This document shows positions 50,401 to 64,000 of a stretch of 64,000 nucleotides of DNA, piece after piece. The stretch comes from Glaucostegus cemiculus (Eukaryota), in assembly GCA_976551045.1 (NCBI GenBank), contig CDPCPM010000278.1:8680001-8744000 (forward strand). Reading direction: 5' to 3'. The notes beneath the pieces were generated by a model. The model worked only from the letters and a program-made list of their open reading frames with translations, did no database searches and was not told the origin of the DNA. A program made the translations under genes and the position numbers. Position 1 is the first letter of the stretch; each line of letters starts with the position of its first letter.

Positions 50401-53400
50401 GCCAAAATCAAATGTAAAACTCCATGATGGGATATTATAACCTCTTTCCCAATCTTTAGTTTAGATGATAAAAATGAAGAAACTTAAATAAATTTGCATT
50501 CACGTGGCATCTTCCATGATCTCTCCATTTTCTAACTGGCAACCAATTAGAACTTCAGTTGTGAAGCCACTTCTAACGCAAAGTGAGCAAATGCTTTGAG
50601 AACGATCATGTTGCTTTAATGATAAACTCTTTAGTATACAAAGAAACATGCAGCTTATTTTTAGGTTAAAACATACATGTTTTCTATCTACATGACAAGG
50701 AATGAAAAATCAATTGCTGTACTCAAAACTGAAAAGTCTGTAAACATGCTCATACCAACTAGTCTGAAGGTGACCTTTTCCCTAGTAAAATGATTTTATT
50801 GCATGGTTTGCAGGTCTCACAGATGAAACAAAGTACCCATTGTTTGTTGGAGTTGTAAAGATATTGTTTCAAATTCTACAAATATCTGAAACAATTTTTC
50901 CAGCAATCAGCAAAAACACACAGATTGCTTATTAGTGTTAAACTGAGCGTTTTTAAAAAAAATTAATTAAACAGGCATTAATAGGAGCAAAGCTAGTTTA
51001 AAGCAATTGTTCATGTTAATAACAAGTCTTACAGTGTCCTCTTAAGGCTTAGCCAACTGCTGAGAAACATGCAAAATATCACACTCTATTTCCATGTGAG
51101 GAGCAGATTAACACTTCGCTATTATCTTCTGCAATGTTGCTGGGGAAAACTCAAGATAGCTTCATCATTAATTTATGTATTCAATGTTTAAATGAGAGAC
51201 TCAAAATAGATCAAAGAGTACACACATATGCCAGCCAAACAAAATTCAATGTTGTGCTTGTTTTAATAATGACATTAACATGATTTAAAGAATAAGGCAT
51301 CATAACCGAGTACTTATCAAGACATCTCATACGGGTGAAACTTAAAATTAAGGGTTTGCCCCAGTTGTGAAGCCTGCTGTTGGCAGTATCAAAAGGATTC
51401 AGTAGGATGCAGCCGCTCCCACACAAATCCCAGACTTCAATCACTCACAAAAACTGGGACTTATTGAGGAACAGATGTGAGCACAGCTCAGTGTGGGTAG
51501 GCAAGAACTGTAAAGAGTCCAGGTGGGCCAGATCCATCAAAATTCCACCCACTGGTTGCTGAACGCCGGAGAAATGACTGGGTGCCAATAAAATTTCCTG
51601 ATACAATACTGTGATCAACATCAAGAAAGGGGGAGATCTGCCATTGTTAAATGCTCATGAGATATGACAACAAACAGGTTCTCCAATGTTCTCAGCTGGG
51701 AATCCAACCATTGATGCTTGCACAAACCCACACTACTTGAGTTAGTTTTTGCAATCATGAGGTTCCAAAAGTCCTTTTTTTTTAAAAAGGAAACAAACAT
51801 TATGAAATATTAGACCCGAGAATTATACAGTACCTTGCACAAGTTTGGGGCTTCAAGATGCCTAACAACCAAAAATATTTTTTGAAATGTAGTCAATATT
51901 ATAAAACAATCATGGCAGCAAATTTGCCCACAGGAGGGTCCAACAAGCAGTTCAAACACAGCTAGATTGTGTTTCTTTCGGCTATGCTGGTTATGAATGC
52001 ACCAAGCTAACTCTACTGCTCTTTGAATGGAATTATTTTTTAAACCATCTGAGAAGGCAGCTGGGTCCACGATATTTAATTATGACCTGAAAAATGGAAA
52101 ACCAGCAGAACAGAATTCTCTATCTGAAATTTTACACTCAAGTCTCTAAAGTTTGAGCTTTCAAACCTGCACAAAAGTGATTCCAATATATGGGTATCAG
52201 AAATTAAAAGAACCTCCATAGCTCAAAGCAGAGGTTCTGATCTCCTTCCTCACACTCTTTGCCAAAGTACCCCATAGGCCCTAACACTATAAGCCAATTA
52301 GGTTTGTCAAATCTGTGTCAGTCTCTGGAATCCAAATATTACAGCCAAGGCTCACAAAAGCCAAGTGACACTCAAGTAAAATTACAAGAGGCACCTTTAT
52401 TTAATAGTCATAAAAATCATTCTTCGACATCTTGATATTTAAAATAAAAAGGTTCATTCAAAGATGAAGCTGTCACACTTTTGCTTCAAATCCTCTCCAC
52501 TGCTAAATATGAGCACTTCAGAGTGTTGAGATCTCAGATTGTTTAATTGTACTGTATACTGAATAATTCAAATCCTCATTTGGAAATTAGCAAAATCTAA
52601 ATGAACCCACTTCCATCACGAGTGGTTCAATGTGGGACTTAATTTACAACTGTTACTATCCTCCTGAACTGTTCCAACTGGAAAATTGCTGAGCACACAT
52701 CGTGCCCAGAAGAGTGTAAAATTTGTTCACTCAATTTATAAATTCCTTCTTGCAGCTAATTCAATAAAACTAATAAAAGTAGGGGAAAAAAGTTAAACTT
52801 GGCAGATAAGGCAGTGTCTAAATCTACTATAGTTTTGTTTTTCAATACAGTTGTAATTTCTTTTGGTGATCCAGTTTGTGTAAAACAAATTAGCAGTTTC
52901 AATAACTTTTAATGAGGTCTTTAATTTGGAACACAATTGAGGAATGCCTGAACAAAAAGTCTGAGCATTTATCATTATGCCACAAGTAACCTTCACATTC
53001 AAGTTTCTGCCAGATGGAATGTTGTCCGTGTTAGCATGACTGCCAAGCAAGCTAAGGAATGGGGTGGGCGAACAAGCAAAAGAAGAGGCACACATAACAA
53101 CTGAAGGTTGCAATGCCATTACCAAAGTCCACAATCACCCTTTCAAAAAAAAAAGCAGTATGTGGCTCAGGAAAATAATGCCAAGGGAAAGTAGAGACTG
53201 GAACAAAATTCAACAAGCACAGTTGATCTCTGAAGGCATTGGAAGCACAACATTATCAAACTGCTTATTTTAAACCTGGCCTTCCAAACTTCCCTGCAAC
53301 AATTTCATAGCTTGAAGCATATTTTATCATGCATCATTAAGATGGGATAATGTAAAATGTAACTACTTTCAAAAATACTTGGGCTTTTGTTAATAATTAT

Positions 53401-55819
53401 TCATCGGCTGCAGAACATGTTGCTGGTAGGTGTTTAACATTGCAGAGTTCCCTCACATATACAGCTGGTCTGCATTCACACTAAGTGGAAATAAAAGCTG
53501 CGCAGAACAAGTTGCAAAATATTTTGCATTTGTTGTGTAAGTTTAGAGTTTTAAGGGCTAAGCAGCAACAGAGGTATTGTGACAAGAAATGTTTGAAGTA
53601 TAATCCAAACATGTTGAGAAATAGTTTGAACGTGTTAATAATTACTTTAATAATAAGGAACAGACTTTCAAGTAAAACAACTGCTTTAGACGACAGTGCC
53701 CATTAAATATCCAAAGAACATAACATCAGAACAAGAACCAGAAGGTTTTTCAGCCCCTTATGCCTCCTCCATCACTCAATAAGGTCACGGGCAATCTTTT
53801 ACCTCACTCCACTGCCCTGCAGTAGCCCCATATTCCTTTATCTACTGACCTCTCATGAATATATTGAGCAACCGAACCTCCCAAATGACAACCTTTCTAA
53901 GGAAGGTGATCCCTGGTTCTAGCCTCGGCAAATGGAGGTACATCAACTACCATCTACTGTGTCATATCCTTCTACTCCCCATGCTATAGTTAACCTCCAC
54001 ACTGCATGATATTTTCCCTGTAAACAGTAATAGAATGATCAGAGACTACGCACTGCCTAAAACTCAGCTATTTGGGTAAGTCAAATTTAGCAGTGAATTG
54101 ATATGTTTGCTCCAGTGGCTGCCACCTGTGCCATACCTTGGATAGATAGAATTTCCCACTATAGATGCTGCTTGACCTGCTGAGCTCCTCCAGCATTTTG
54201 TGCATGTTGGATGGAAACAATTCCCAAGCACTTGGCAAAATTTATCACGTGCCAGCAAAGCAACGTTTCCACCAAAATATTCCACACACACACTACTATA
54301 ATCTTAGAGAACAGACAAAGAATGATATTGAAGGTTCAGACGAGTATGTACTTGACCAAGATTTTCCAGTTCAGTAACATGAGACATACAAGTGAAGGAA
54401 TTATACTTAGTGGATCTTGAATACCATTTGAAATACAAGAAACATTAACTGAAGGACTTTGAATGTAATGATTTGAGCAGTGCAAGTGTTGAGGTCAATG
54501 GCCTTTCTGCCAAATTGAAAAATGATACAGATGATTTTGAAGAAAGTTTGTTGACGTGAATTGTTAACTTACAGATGTGTTCTGAACAATGAGTTCATTC
54601 AGCAGCTAATTCAGTTGCATCCTCAAATTCTCATTTTTGATTTGACAACCATTTGCTGCAATGATGTATTTCACACTGTATCTCTGCCTATTTATTTCCA
54701 CAAATGCAACACTGGTCAATTCTGCTCATGCTTCGGCTGGGCTGCTGCTGAAACCTCAACAGGTGTTGGATACAAGTGGACATGTGTATCCTTGTCAATC
54801 ATTGGGATTACCTTTGCTGAGATATCCATCAATGTCCTGGGGTCAACTTAGACAAGAAACTCAAATGAACCAGATGTATAAATACAGTGCCAATGAGGAA
54901 AGATCAGAGGCTTGGTACCATGTGCTAAGTGACTCACCTTATAGCCTTACCACCTTTTACAAGGCACAAGTCAAGAGTATGATGGAATATCCTCCACTTG
55001 CCTGAATGAATGCAGCTCCAAGACTTCAGGGAGCTCACGACACTCAGTTCAAATCCATTCAGGACAAAGCAGCCCGTTTGACACCCAATCCACAATCCTG
55101 CACACGCACCATCACACTCACACTGTGCCACACTCCGCTTTACAACAATGCTAATGCACATCAGTTTCCATTCTGTTCAGAGATCAACTTACCATTTATT
55201 GCAAAAGTTAACAATTTTGAAATGAACTAGACAAATAGGATCTCACTGCAGGTACTAACAATAGTTTTTCCCAATCTCAGCTCATCAATAATACTCCGAA
55301 CTCCACAAGCTGAGATTTCTTTTCCATTTAGTATTTATCAGCTGCTTTGTTAGTCTAGCCTGCCATCAAAAGTTAAACTACTTTAAGATTTTGGTCATTT
55401 GGTATTACAAAAATAATTTACTAAGACTACAAAAAAATTCTTCTCATGCCCATCATTAGGACTAATTTTGAACAATTTGTTGCAGGTGCTCAACTAGCTT
55501 GCTAAATTCTTTTGCACGCTGATAATACCCTTACTTGTAAGTGCTATTTTACTCCTTTACATTCCTGTTAATACCAAATTGGCCTTATTGCCAAATGAAA
55601 AGTGATGTTAGCAAAAGACCATCAATGGCTTTATTTAAATCCATTTCTGGATACCCACTACAATTATATGTTTACACTCCCCATTTCAGCAAACCACACG
55701 TATTAACTAGATTGAAAAAAAACTCCAACAGGGACTGACCAATTCATAATTTGAATTAATTGCTCAGTTTACTGCATTGCTTAAGAATTGAATCACAGTT
55801 AAAAAACATCAATGGAAGC

Positions 55820-56450
55820 TTTCAATAATATGAGGCATTGGAGGAGAGCTACCAAGTTTTATCCTTTATTGCTCGAGAATTGAATATTAAAGTGAGGAGG
55901 TTTTGCTACAGTTATACAGGTCAGTAGTGAGACCATATCTGGTGTAGTGCATTCAATATTGGTTTGTTTTACAAAGTTAATGCATTCAAATGAGTGCTGA
56001 GAACATTTACTAGACCACTACCTGGAGATGCAGGTTGACTTATGAGGAAAATATTGAAGAGTTTAGGCTGGATTTTTGGAAGACAGAGTGGGGACTTGAT
56101 TGAAAAAACAAGATCTTGGAGGGTCTCGACAGGGTGGGTGGATGTGGAGAGGATGCTTCCTCAGAGCATCTAAAGCTAACGATCACTATTTCAAAATGAG
56201 TTCCCATTTCAAATAAAGACGAATTTCTTCACTCAGAGTTTCACGATAGCTTGGAACTCTCCGTCAAAAGACTGTGGAAGCAGCTTCTTTGAAACTTTTT
56301 AAAAGGCAAAGGTGGACAGATACTTGATGAGCAAGAGGATAAAAGGGTAAACTAGGCGAGTTCAGATTACAATTTGATCATCTTTATTAAAAGGCAGAAC
56401 AGCCTCAAGGGATCAAGTTGTCTATTCCTGCTACTAAGTTGCATGCTCAT
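55820..56450 (+). mobile_element. Decayed CR1 LINE 3' portion
   Basis: gtgagaccatatctggtgtagtgcattcaatattgg (VRP.L...C.Q.W), aatttcttcactcagag, and terminal tctattcctgctacta. Confidence 0.72.
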
Positions 56451-57239
56451 AAGTTTCTATGCAGCATTCCATTCACTGAGATACTATAAATTAAACACTC
56501 CCTTCATTCTGCTAATTGCATTCACTTGAAACAACTTTTTTTGCTCCCAGGTTCAATTACACTTTAAATAATTTATAGGTGACAGACAAGTCTCAATTGA
56601 GAATTAGTAATTATTTCTGAATTCACAAGCCATTTTATGAATAGTGGTTTACAATGAAGGACACAAGCTACAAAGTCTACAGAGTCTTAAGCTAACAAAC
56701 TCTTCCAAGACTCAATGCAATACAATCAGGTTATTTTTAAAAAATAGAAAGTAGCACTCTTTAGAAATTACCACTGGATTCTTGGATTTGTGCAGACTCA
56801 CAGCAACTAAACAGTGTAGAATTATAAAAGATGCCAGACTTCAATAATTCATACATCATACGAAAGAATGCAGTCTAAGACTTAATTAAACAGATAACCA
56901 TCTCCATTTATACTACATTAAAACAGGCAAAACTAAACTCTCATTTCACAAGCATAATTACAGAAGATGGAGCAATTTCATCTATAATAACTTGATACCA
57001 AACTTAAGTAAAACTTCAATCTGACCATAATTTAGCACTTTGATTGATGGTTGTCATTTCATTTGGTGTTCTTGTGCATAGCTCTTCCAAAATTATGCAT
57101 ATATTACCAAAATCCTGAAACAAAAATTTACACACCAAGTACACAACTAAATGCTTAGGCTGTGAAGAGTGCTGTAGACCAGACACTCTGAGGGGTACAG
57201 GCATATTGTTTCCTGAAAGAGGCAACTTAGGTAAACAGG

Positions 57240-57490
57240 GTGGTGAAGGCATCATTTGCCATGTTTGCCTTCGTCGGTCAGGGCATTAAGTATAGGAGCT
57301 GGGATGTCCTGTTACAACTGTACAAGTCATTGGCAAGACCACATCCAGAGAACTGTGTGCAATTTTGGCTGTCTAAGCTATATAAGGAATGCAATTAAGC
57401 TGTGTGAAGAGAAGATTCATGAGGATGTTCATGGGACTGGAGGCTTGAGTTATAAAGGAGAGGCTGTATCAGTTGGGCCTATTTTCCCAA
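57240..57490 (+). mobile_element. CR1 LINE internal fragment
   Basis: tttgccttcgtcggtcagggcattaagtataggagctgggatgtc...ctgtacaagtcattgg...tgtgtgcaattttgg. Confidence 0.68.
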
Positions 57491-59569
57491 TGCCAAATTT
57501 GGCGAGTTTATTGACTGGTATATGTTTCTTCAAGGTTGGCATCTCCTTCACTGCTCAGTTACCTTCTCTTTCAGCCTTTTTTTATTTTCCGACCTACACT
57601 TCAACTACCTCACAAGTTGTGTTTTGTCCACTCTGTATTCAACTTAACCACAACCTTCCTCGCCCAAATGTTAATTGTGATTTAATTCCATTCTGATAAG
57701 CCTCTTCAAATCTCTCATGATTCAGGTCTCAAAAAATGCACACTAATCATACTGCATTTCATAAACATCAATTCAACTCATTGCCCCGAGTACTCGAACA
57801 TCCTGTCACCATACAAATTGCAATTTTAATTTTTCCACAATCATCTTTCAAGGCCCTATCTCTGAAATTAGCACCAAGACCTTAGCAATGAACAAAAAAA
57901 AAAATACAGGTTGTGCCCAAAATTGCATCAAATTCCCCTCTATCCTAACTCTATCATTTTGTACATGACCAATAATACTCGAGTTATTTTCCCCCCTTAT
58001 ACTTCTCTCAATGCAAAGCCTAAACTAAGTACTCACATGTCTGACCAAGCTACATCTATGACAATTTACATTATTAGAGAATTCTTATTTTTAGATGGCT
58101 TTAGGGAGGAGAAGATAGAGGGGGCAAGTTTGAGAACAGCTTCAAGAGTTCTGAACTGGAGTGCCACTGAGATGATGGGAGGTTTACAAACCTGTTGTGT
58201 AATCTGAAAATATATTCCTTTTGAAACAGAGTTGTCACTTAACTAAGAGCCAAGGCAAATCAACATTAAAGAGATGACAGGTGAACAGGATAAATCCAAA
58301 TTAGATCATGAACAGTATGGTCTGGGAAAGTTAAATTTACAAAAAGCACAGGATTGGAAACTGGTCATCAGAGCATTGGAACACTCAAAATAATAATGGT
58401 AAAAATAATTTCAGCAAATGGGTGACATTAGGGAAGCAGAACTGAGGCATGCTGGCTCATGACCACTCAAAAGTTGGAAAGAAAGATTATCGAGAACCTC
58501 AAGGGTGTGCATCAGGAGCACACAGAAGCCCTGTGAAGGTGGTGGAAAGAGCATACCACCTCACAATCTGTCTGGCCGCCCACTCTGTTAGCCATCAGCT
58601 ATAAAAGAGTACGCATTTCCTCCACTGCCCTCATTACCACCTCAGAACCCACAAAACCAAAGTGAAAGTCAGTGAACATTGATCCCGCCTAAAAGGCAGA
58701 AAATCTACTAATTCCTGGCGAGAATATGGAATCTGTACCTTAATTCTGGATCAAAAGAGATGCAATTGTTACAAACCATCAGATCCAGCCTCAAACAACA
58801 GCTCTCATCAACAAAGACAATGGCTTTGTTTTTCTTGGAAGACATTCCTGTTCTATCCGGTATAGGATTCTGGAGAAGCAGAGGCAGTGGATGGGTTGGG
58901 AGGAGTGTTGCAAAGGAGACTCCAGTCATTTTAGCTCATGGAAACTAATGTGCACTTTGGAGGATCAAAAAGACAGAGGCCAAAGATAGATTTTGAGACA
59001 ACCCCAACAGCAACCATCTTGCTATTTATTACAAAACAAAAAGAAATGGAATCTGCCAAGGACATTTCCAAATAGCACGGCACAGGGAAGAACTGCTGGA
59101 GGACAGCAACACATTAATCAAGCAAAGGCCCTACATATATTCATGCTGAAGACAGTCTCGGTTACATTCTCTATGGATTTAGCAGCATTGAGGGAATAGG
59201 ACTTCAACAAGTGAGGTTGTAGTCTTGCAAATAGTGCAGCTAATTGTCTTTCTTGAATATGAGGTAGGACAGGAACAACAGGGAGCAAGAGTGCTTTTTT
59301 TAAATTGTGAAATCACAACAGAATTCAATTTTGCACTTTTGACATTGTTATCCAGAACTTCAATTATAATTCCCAAATTTTAACCCTGGATCATGATGCA
59401 ATGATCCCAGCTGCTGCTTAAGACATACATGTGGCAATAGTTTCAAAACAAAATTCATGCATAAGGGGATCAAACTATTGCATTGGGCATAAATACCTGT
59501 GATGCAATAGCTACCATCTCTCTAAGTAGCTAGTTTGAACACCCAAAAGATAATGGCAGTATATCAGTA

Positions 59570-59880
59570 GTGGGCAGCGCAGCTAAAAAACTGCTGTTTC
59601 TCAGCTCCAGCAACCCAGGTTCAAACTTACGCTCTGGTGCTATCAATATGAAATTCACACATTCTCCCTGTGACTTGCGTAGGTCTCCCCCAAGCGCTCT
59701 GATTTCACATCCCAAAGGACCTGCAGGTTGGTAGGTTGATTGACCACTGCACATAGTGGTGGGTAAGGGAGTGGTAGAATCTGAGGGCACTTGATGCGAA
59801 TGTGGGATAATAGATTGCAGGGCAAAAACAGTAGGATTGCTTTGAGAGCCAGCGAGGATTCCGTACAATGGTCTATGTTG
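59570..59880 (+). mobile_element. Older V-SINE-like copy
   Basis: ctgctgtttctcagctccagcaacccaggttcaaac (B box), cacattctccctgtgacttgcgtaggt and cacatcccaaag core. Confidence 0.68.
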
Positions 59881-61269
59881 GAATGAAGTATGGATAATAA
59901 TGGAGTTTGCACCATCTGCATCGAACTGCAAAGACCAGCACTTCTGGCTATCAGCAACTCTGACATACAAATCCAACCATGTGGTTTTGACATTAATTTC
60001 TGAGGGCAACACTGAAACACCAGTTGAGAACTACAACTTTGAAAACAACTGCTTTCTTGCAACTTGCACAAGTGAGAAACACTATCCGTGCAATCCACCT
60101 GTAGTTGCAAATTTTACAGCAACCACACACCCCGATGGTGTGCAGTTATTTCTAACTGGAGTTCTTTGCTCATGAAATTTCTTGAAGACGGCACGATTCA
60201 CAAAATCAGAGCAGTTAATAAGACATTGCTTCATTCACTGAATGTCGTAAACAAGGACTTTGACATTCTCCAATAGATAAGCTCTGTCGAAAATAGAAAC
60301 AAGTTGGGACAAAAGGTCAGCTTGCTAGTTACAAGCTCTTCTTAATCCTTGCATCTTTTGTAGTTTGCAAGGCAGTAGGAACTGATTTATGTGAATTTAT
60401 ATTATAATCATGCTGACAACTCCCCCCCCCCCCCCCCAACAAGCAAACCTTTTTTCAAGATAGTTGCTCAACACTTTTACTCAAAGTAATTCAATTACAC
60501 ATCAGTCTTTTATGGATTCTGATCAAATTAAACTCATCTAGTTACTCAAGGATATCGATGGGCTGCCTATGGAGGGGAAAAAGCAATTGTAAGCTGAAGG
60601 TGATTAACACTTTGAGACTTCTGTTGATAAAGTTGTGCAGCAAGTTCAAATAATAAAGCAATGAGATCATTCACCAATATACTCAAATTCAACAGTCAAC
60701 AAATCCTCTCCTGTTCACAAGCAAAACAGCTCATTAAATCAGTGCTGTCAGAAACCTATCCACCTATCAATACAACTTGACAAAACATTCAATTAACTTC
60801 TTTCAACTACAGTGAAGAACCAAGTCCAAAGAAATGACAGGATGCTAACCCTCACTGCAGCTAAAATCTCAACACTGCACAAATAAGACCTCTGCACTTC
60901 ATTGCTGTATGACTCCTGCTTTGACAATACGAAGCCATGTCACATTATAATAGGCAGCCTCGAAGAAGTGACTTGAAGAGTCAACAGGTGATAAATCAAA
61001 GATGGGTACTAAAATTGTCATTGTTCTATTCTACAAACTTTGAATGACATTTGAGTTCATCTCTATCTAATCAGTGGCAAAGTAACTCAGTATTAGTACA
61101 AAAAATACAATGCCAAGTCAATATTAACTACATGGAATTACATACTTACATACACATTTGTTCCAGATGCAGCAACAAAAACGATATAGGAAGTACCATC
61201 TTATTTGCACATTAAATTGCCATCTTGAACCAAGATTCTTGGTCAAAAGAGTCTGCCAAATGACAGGCC

Positions 61270-62180
61270 TTCACTGAATATTACATGAGGATTTGGATAA
61301 GGATGCCTCACCTTAATTATATACAGCCTTAGTGATACCATCTCTGCAGTTTTCTGACCAACAGACTGAATAGATGTATTTTATAGCTTTTCTTTTTTTC
61401 TTGGTCTTCTTGCCTCAGAACAGAATTACTTCCATAGAGGGAGTGGGATGAAGATTCACAAGACTGGTTCCACAGATGGTGTGGTTTGCTCAATGACTGA
61501 GTAGCCTAGACTCTCTGTACACTATCATGTTTAAAAAAAAATTGAGATCTCATTCAAAACACAAAAATCTTAAGGGAAAGATTCAAAGAAAATGCTTTTC
61601 TCCAGCTGATGTGTCTAGAACCAGGGTCCGCAGACTTAGAAAAAAAGAATAGGCGATTTTGGGCTGAGATCAGAATCAGTTTTGTCACTACCATATACAC
61701 ATACAGTATGCATAGGAGCAAAATACCATACTCCACAGGTCAAGGTGCACGTCACATTAAAAAAGAGAACAAACAAAGAGAGAGACTATAAACATTAGAA
61801 CCACAAAATTAAGTTATACAACTTAAATAAATAACCTTAAAGTGAGCATACCGGCAGCGGACATTTAAAGTGCTGGTGCGTTTCTGTACGCCTAGCATCC
61901 TTTAGTGTTGGTGGGAGTGATGGAGGGATGAGGGAGTTTACAGTTCTAATAGCTTGTGGGAAGAAGCTATTGCACAGTCCAGAGATGAAAGATTTCTTCA
62001 ATGGGCAGTGATTGTTTCTAATTCTGTATCTGAAGGTTGTGGAGGCTCAGTCATGAAGTTCATTCAAAACAGATCAGGGAAAATGGGGATGATGCAGGAA
62101 ATAGTTTGAGTCTAAGATCATAATAGATGGTAGTACAGCCTCGAAGGGTCAAATGGCCTACTCCTGCTCCCATTTGTTGT
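61270..62180 (+). mobile_element. Decayed CR1 3' portion interrupted by a LINE insert
   Basis: gaagattcacaagactggttcc, tctagaaccaggg, aggttgtggaggctcagtca, and terminal tcgaagggtcaaatggcctactcctgctcc. Confidence 0.72.
61669..61980 (-). mobile_element. LINE 3' fragment with (CTGATT)n tail (Rex1/Babar-like), nested in the CR1
   Basis: atcagaatcag tail; gggaagaagctattg is similar to the Rex-like ORF end. The 3' UTR is shared with 44200-44340. Confidence 0.7.
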
Positions 62181-63696
62181 CCTTGGGTGTGGTGTGCTGT
62201 GATGTTCCTGCCAGCAGATGGAAATATTGCATAACAGCAGCCATTGTGAGAAATGGAGAATGATCTTTATACCTTGTCAAAAGAAACAAGGGAACAGTTA
62301 GGGTGGGTTACTATAAAGAACATATTTGAAAAAATATTCTACCATTTTAAGCTGATTATGTTGGAGAAAAATTGCTGCCAAATAAATATGCAGCACACTA
62401 CATCATATCTGAATTTACCAATGTTGAACTTGATTTGCATAGAATTGCAAATATTCTTCACAGTATTTTCTAAATTTGACCACATCTATTCAGATTTAGA
62501 AAACAGTGGCAATGTGGTGTTATTTTTGGGGCTATTCAAGAATTTGAGATTTAATTCATGAGTGAACTGTTAGTATGCATGAGGTTAAGAAAACAAGCAG
62601 CACTTGTAGATTCTCTGAATTCTCAGTTGGCATAGTTAATTGAACCTACCAGCCCTGGATTCCACTCCTTTGTGTAGTTATCAGAGCACAGCTGTGATAG
62701 CCATAATTAGTCAGAACACGAGAAATATGCCTGGATTCCCACTTACCAACAGCCTGAGAGCCCTGCTGCAAAGTGTGACAAGGACATGTCTGTAAGTAAA
62801 ACTCCACTTAGTGTACTGCATCGCATAAAGGAATAACTGAAGGAATATTCACATCTCAACTTAGACACAAGTTCTTTGACACTAGTTTCCATCTGGTAAT
62901 GAGGCCACACAGTAGTTCAGAAGCAATTTGGAAAAGGAAATATAGCATTTGTAATATTCAACTAAATGTCATATGGAGTATTGACACTTACTTCAATCAC
63001 ATCAAAACCCACAACTTCACAAACAGAACACCAAATTGACATGTTGCTCATATATCTTCACTTGCTCTTAGAGGTACGCTTACAAACAAACCAAAAGAGC
63101 CCAATGCCAGCTTAAGGAACAAACCTCACCTGTCTGGGTATGCTGCAGCCTTGAGGACTTTATATCAAATTCTCCAACTTTAGGTAACCTCACTTCTCTC
63201 ACTTTCTGTACGAGAAAGGCAATTCCTGCCCCTCATCATTTTGACTGAGTTTTTCCTCATTTTAAGTCTGTGGTCTGGCACGGTGGGCACATCCCACAGC
63301 CTCAGTATTTACAATATGTACAGACAAAGCAGCTTATTGTGCTCGTAAATTGATGATTTGGTCTCATCCTATCAGAGATATTCACTTTGTTCTAACCAAC
63401 CCCTTTGCCTAAAAACTAATTTGCTTTCTCTTTTCCAGTTCTGATGGGGGATCTCAGACCTGAAATCATTATCAGTTCCGCTTTTCACATCTGCTTATTG
63501 AATGTTTCCAGCATTTACTACTTCAAACCAGAATAATGTTTCATTAAAAATTATTTTTTAAAAAGACCATAGTTTTAAAATGTTTTGTTACACCTATCAT
63601 TAAAAAGTTTAGTTTAACACCATATCCTTGTGGGGCCTCAAAAGAAATTAAACACTCACTAAGATTTCATTGCAAGTTTAACAACCCCACATTACC

Positions 63697-63964
63697 GCAT
63701 TCAGCAAACTTGCAAAGTGCTCTCAAACCATCAAGTAGTACCCAAAGTAGTTATGACTTGTGAACAGAACATTACAGCACAGGCCCTTCAGCCCACAATG
63801 TTGTGCTAACATTTTTATCCTACTCCAACAGCATTCAGCAAACTTGCAAAGTGCTCTCAAACCATCAAGTAGTACCCAAAGTAGTTATGACTTGTGAACA
63901 GAACATTACAGCACAGGCCCTTCAGCCCACAATGTTGTGCTAACATTTTTATCCTACTCCAACA
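63697..63964. repeat. Exact tandem duplication, 2 x 134 bp (63697-63830 and 63831-63964)
   Basis: Both units read gcattcagcaaacttgcaaagtgc...atttttatcctactccaaca with no differences seen. Confidence 0.97.
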
Positions 63965-64000
63965 GCTATCTACTCCTTCCCTCCCACATAGCCCTCCATT

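Noticed and set aside
54573-54846. Possible extra minus-strand exon bounded by ttcttgtctaag and catct|gtaagt
   Set aside because: Stops in all three frames, no ARVCF similarity and a weak acceptor. It is not the missing coiled-coil exon, though a non-coding exon cannot be excluded.
59530-60110. Overlapping 160-aa and 151-aa minus-strand ORFs
   Set aside because: Largely antisense read-through of a SINE with no protein-like motifs.
60422-60436. C15 homopolymer (G15 on the sense strand)
   Set aside because: Isolated simple repeat with no supporting context.
63697-63964. CRISPR-like or satellite array
   Set aside because: Only two identical adjacent units with no spacers, in a eukaryotic intron.

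Overview
Eukaryotic, AT-rich vertebrate genomic DNA. The repeat content (V-SINE-like and DeuSINE-like SINEs, CR1, Rex1/Babar, Penelope-like pieces) suggests a cartilaginous fish, probably a ray or skate; this is inference. The whole window appears to lie inside one minus-strand gene, ARVCF (p120-catenin subfamily, armadillo repeats). Eight internal coding exons of 159, 596, 500, 184, 118, 172, 18 and 72 nt (1819 nt in total) have GT-AG boundaries and join in one open frame. I found neither the first coding exon nor the 3' exons, so they presumably lie outside the window. The rest is intron filled with decayed retroelements. I see no new multi-gene system. The most notable signals are: a ~147-bp, ~95% identical inverted duplication (1388-1948) that buries a perfect sense-strand splice donor; an 18-nt microexon with an SRRM3/4-type UGC signature that splits the polybasic motif; a Tyr-rich, p120-like regulatory exon; a fold-back short element flanked by a long target-site-like duplication; and an exact 134-bp tandem duplication. 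Nearly all other listed ORFs are spurious or repeat-derived.
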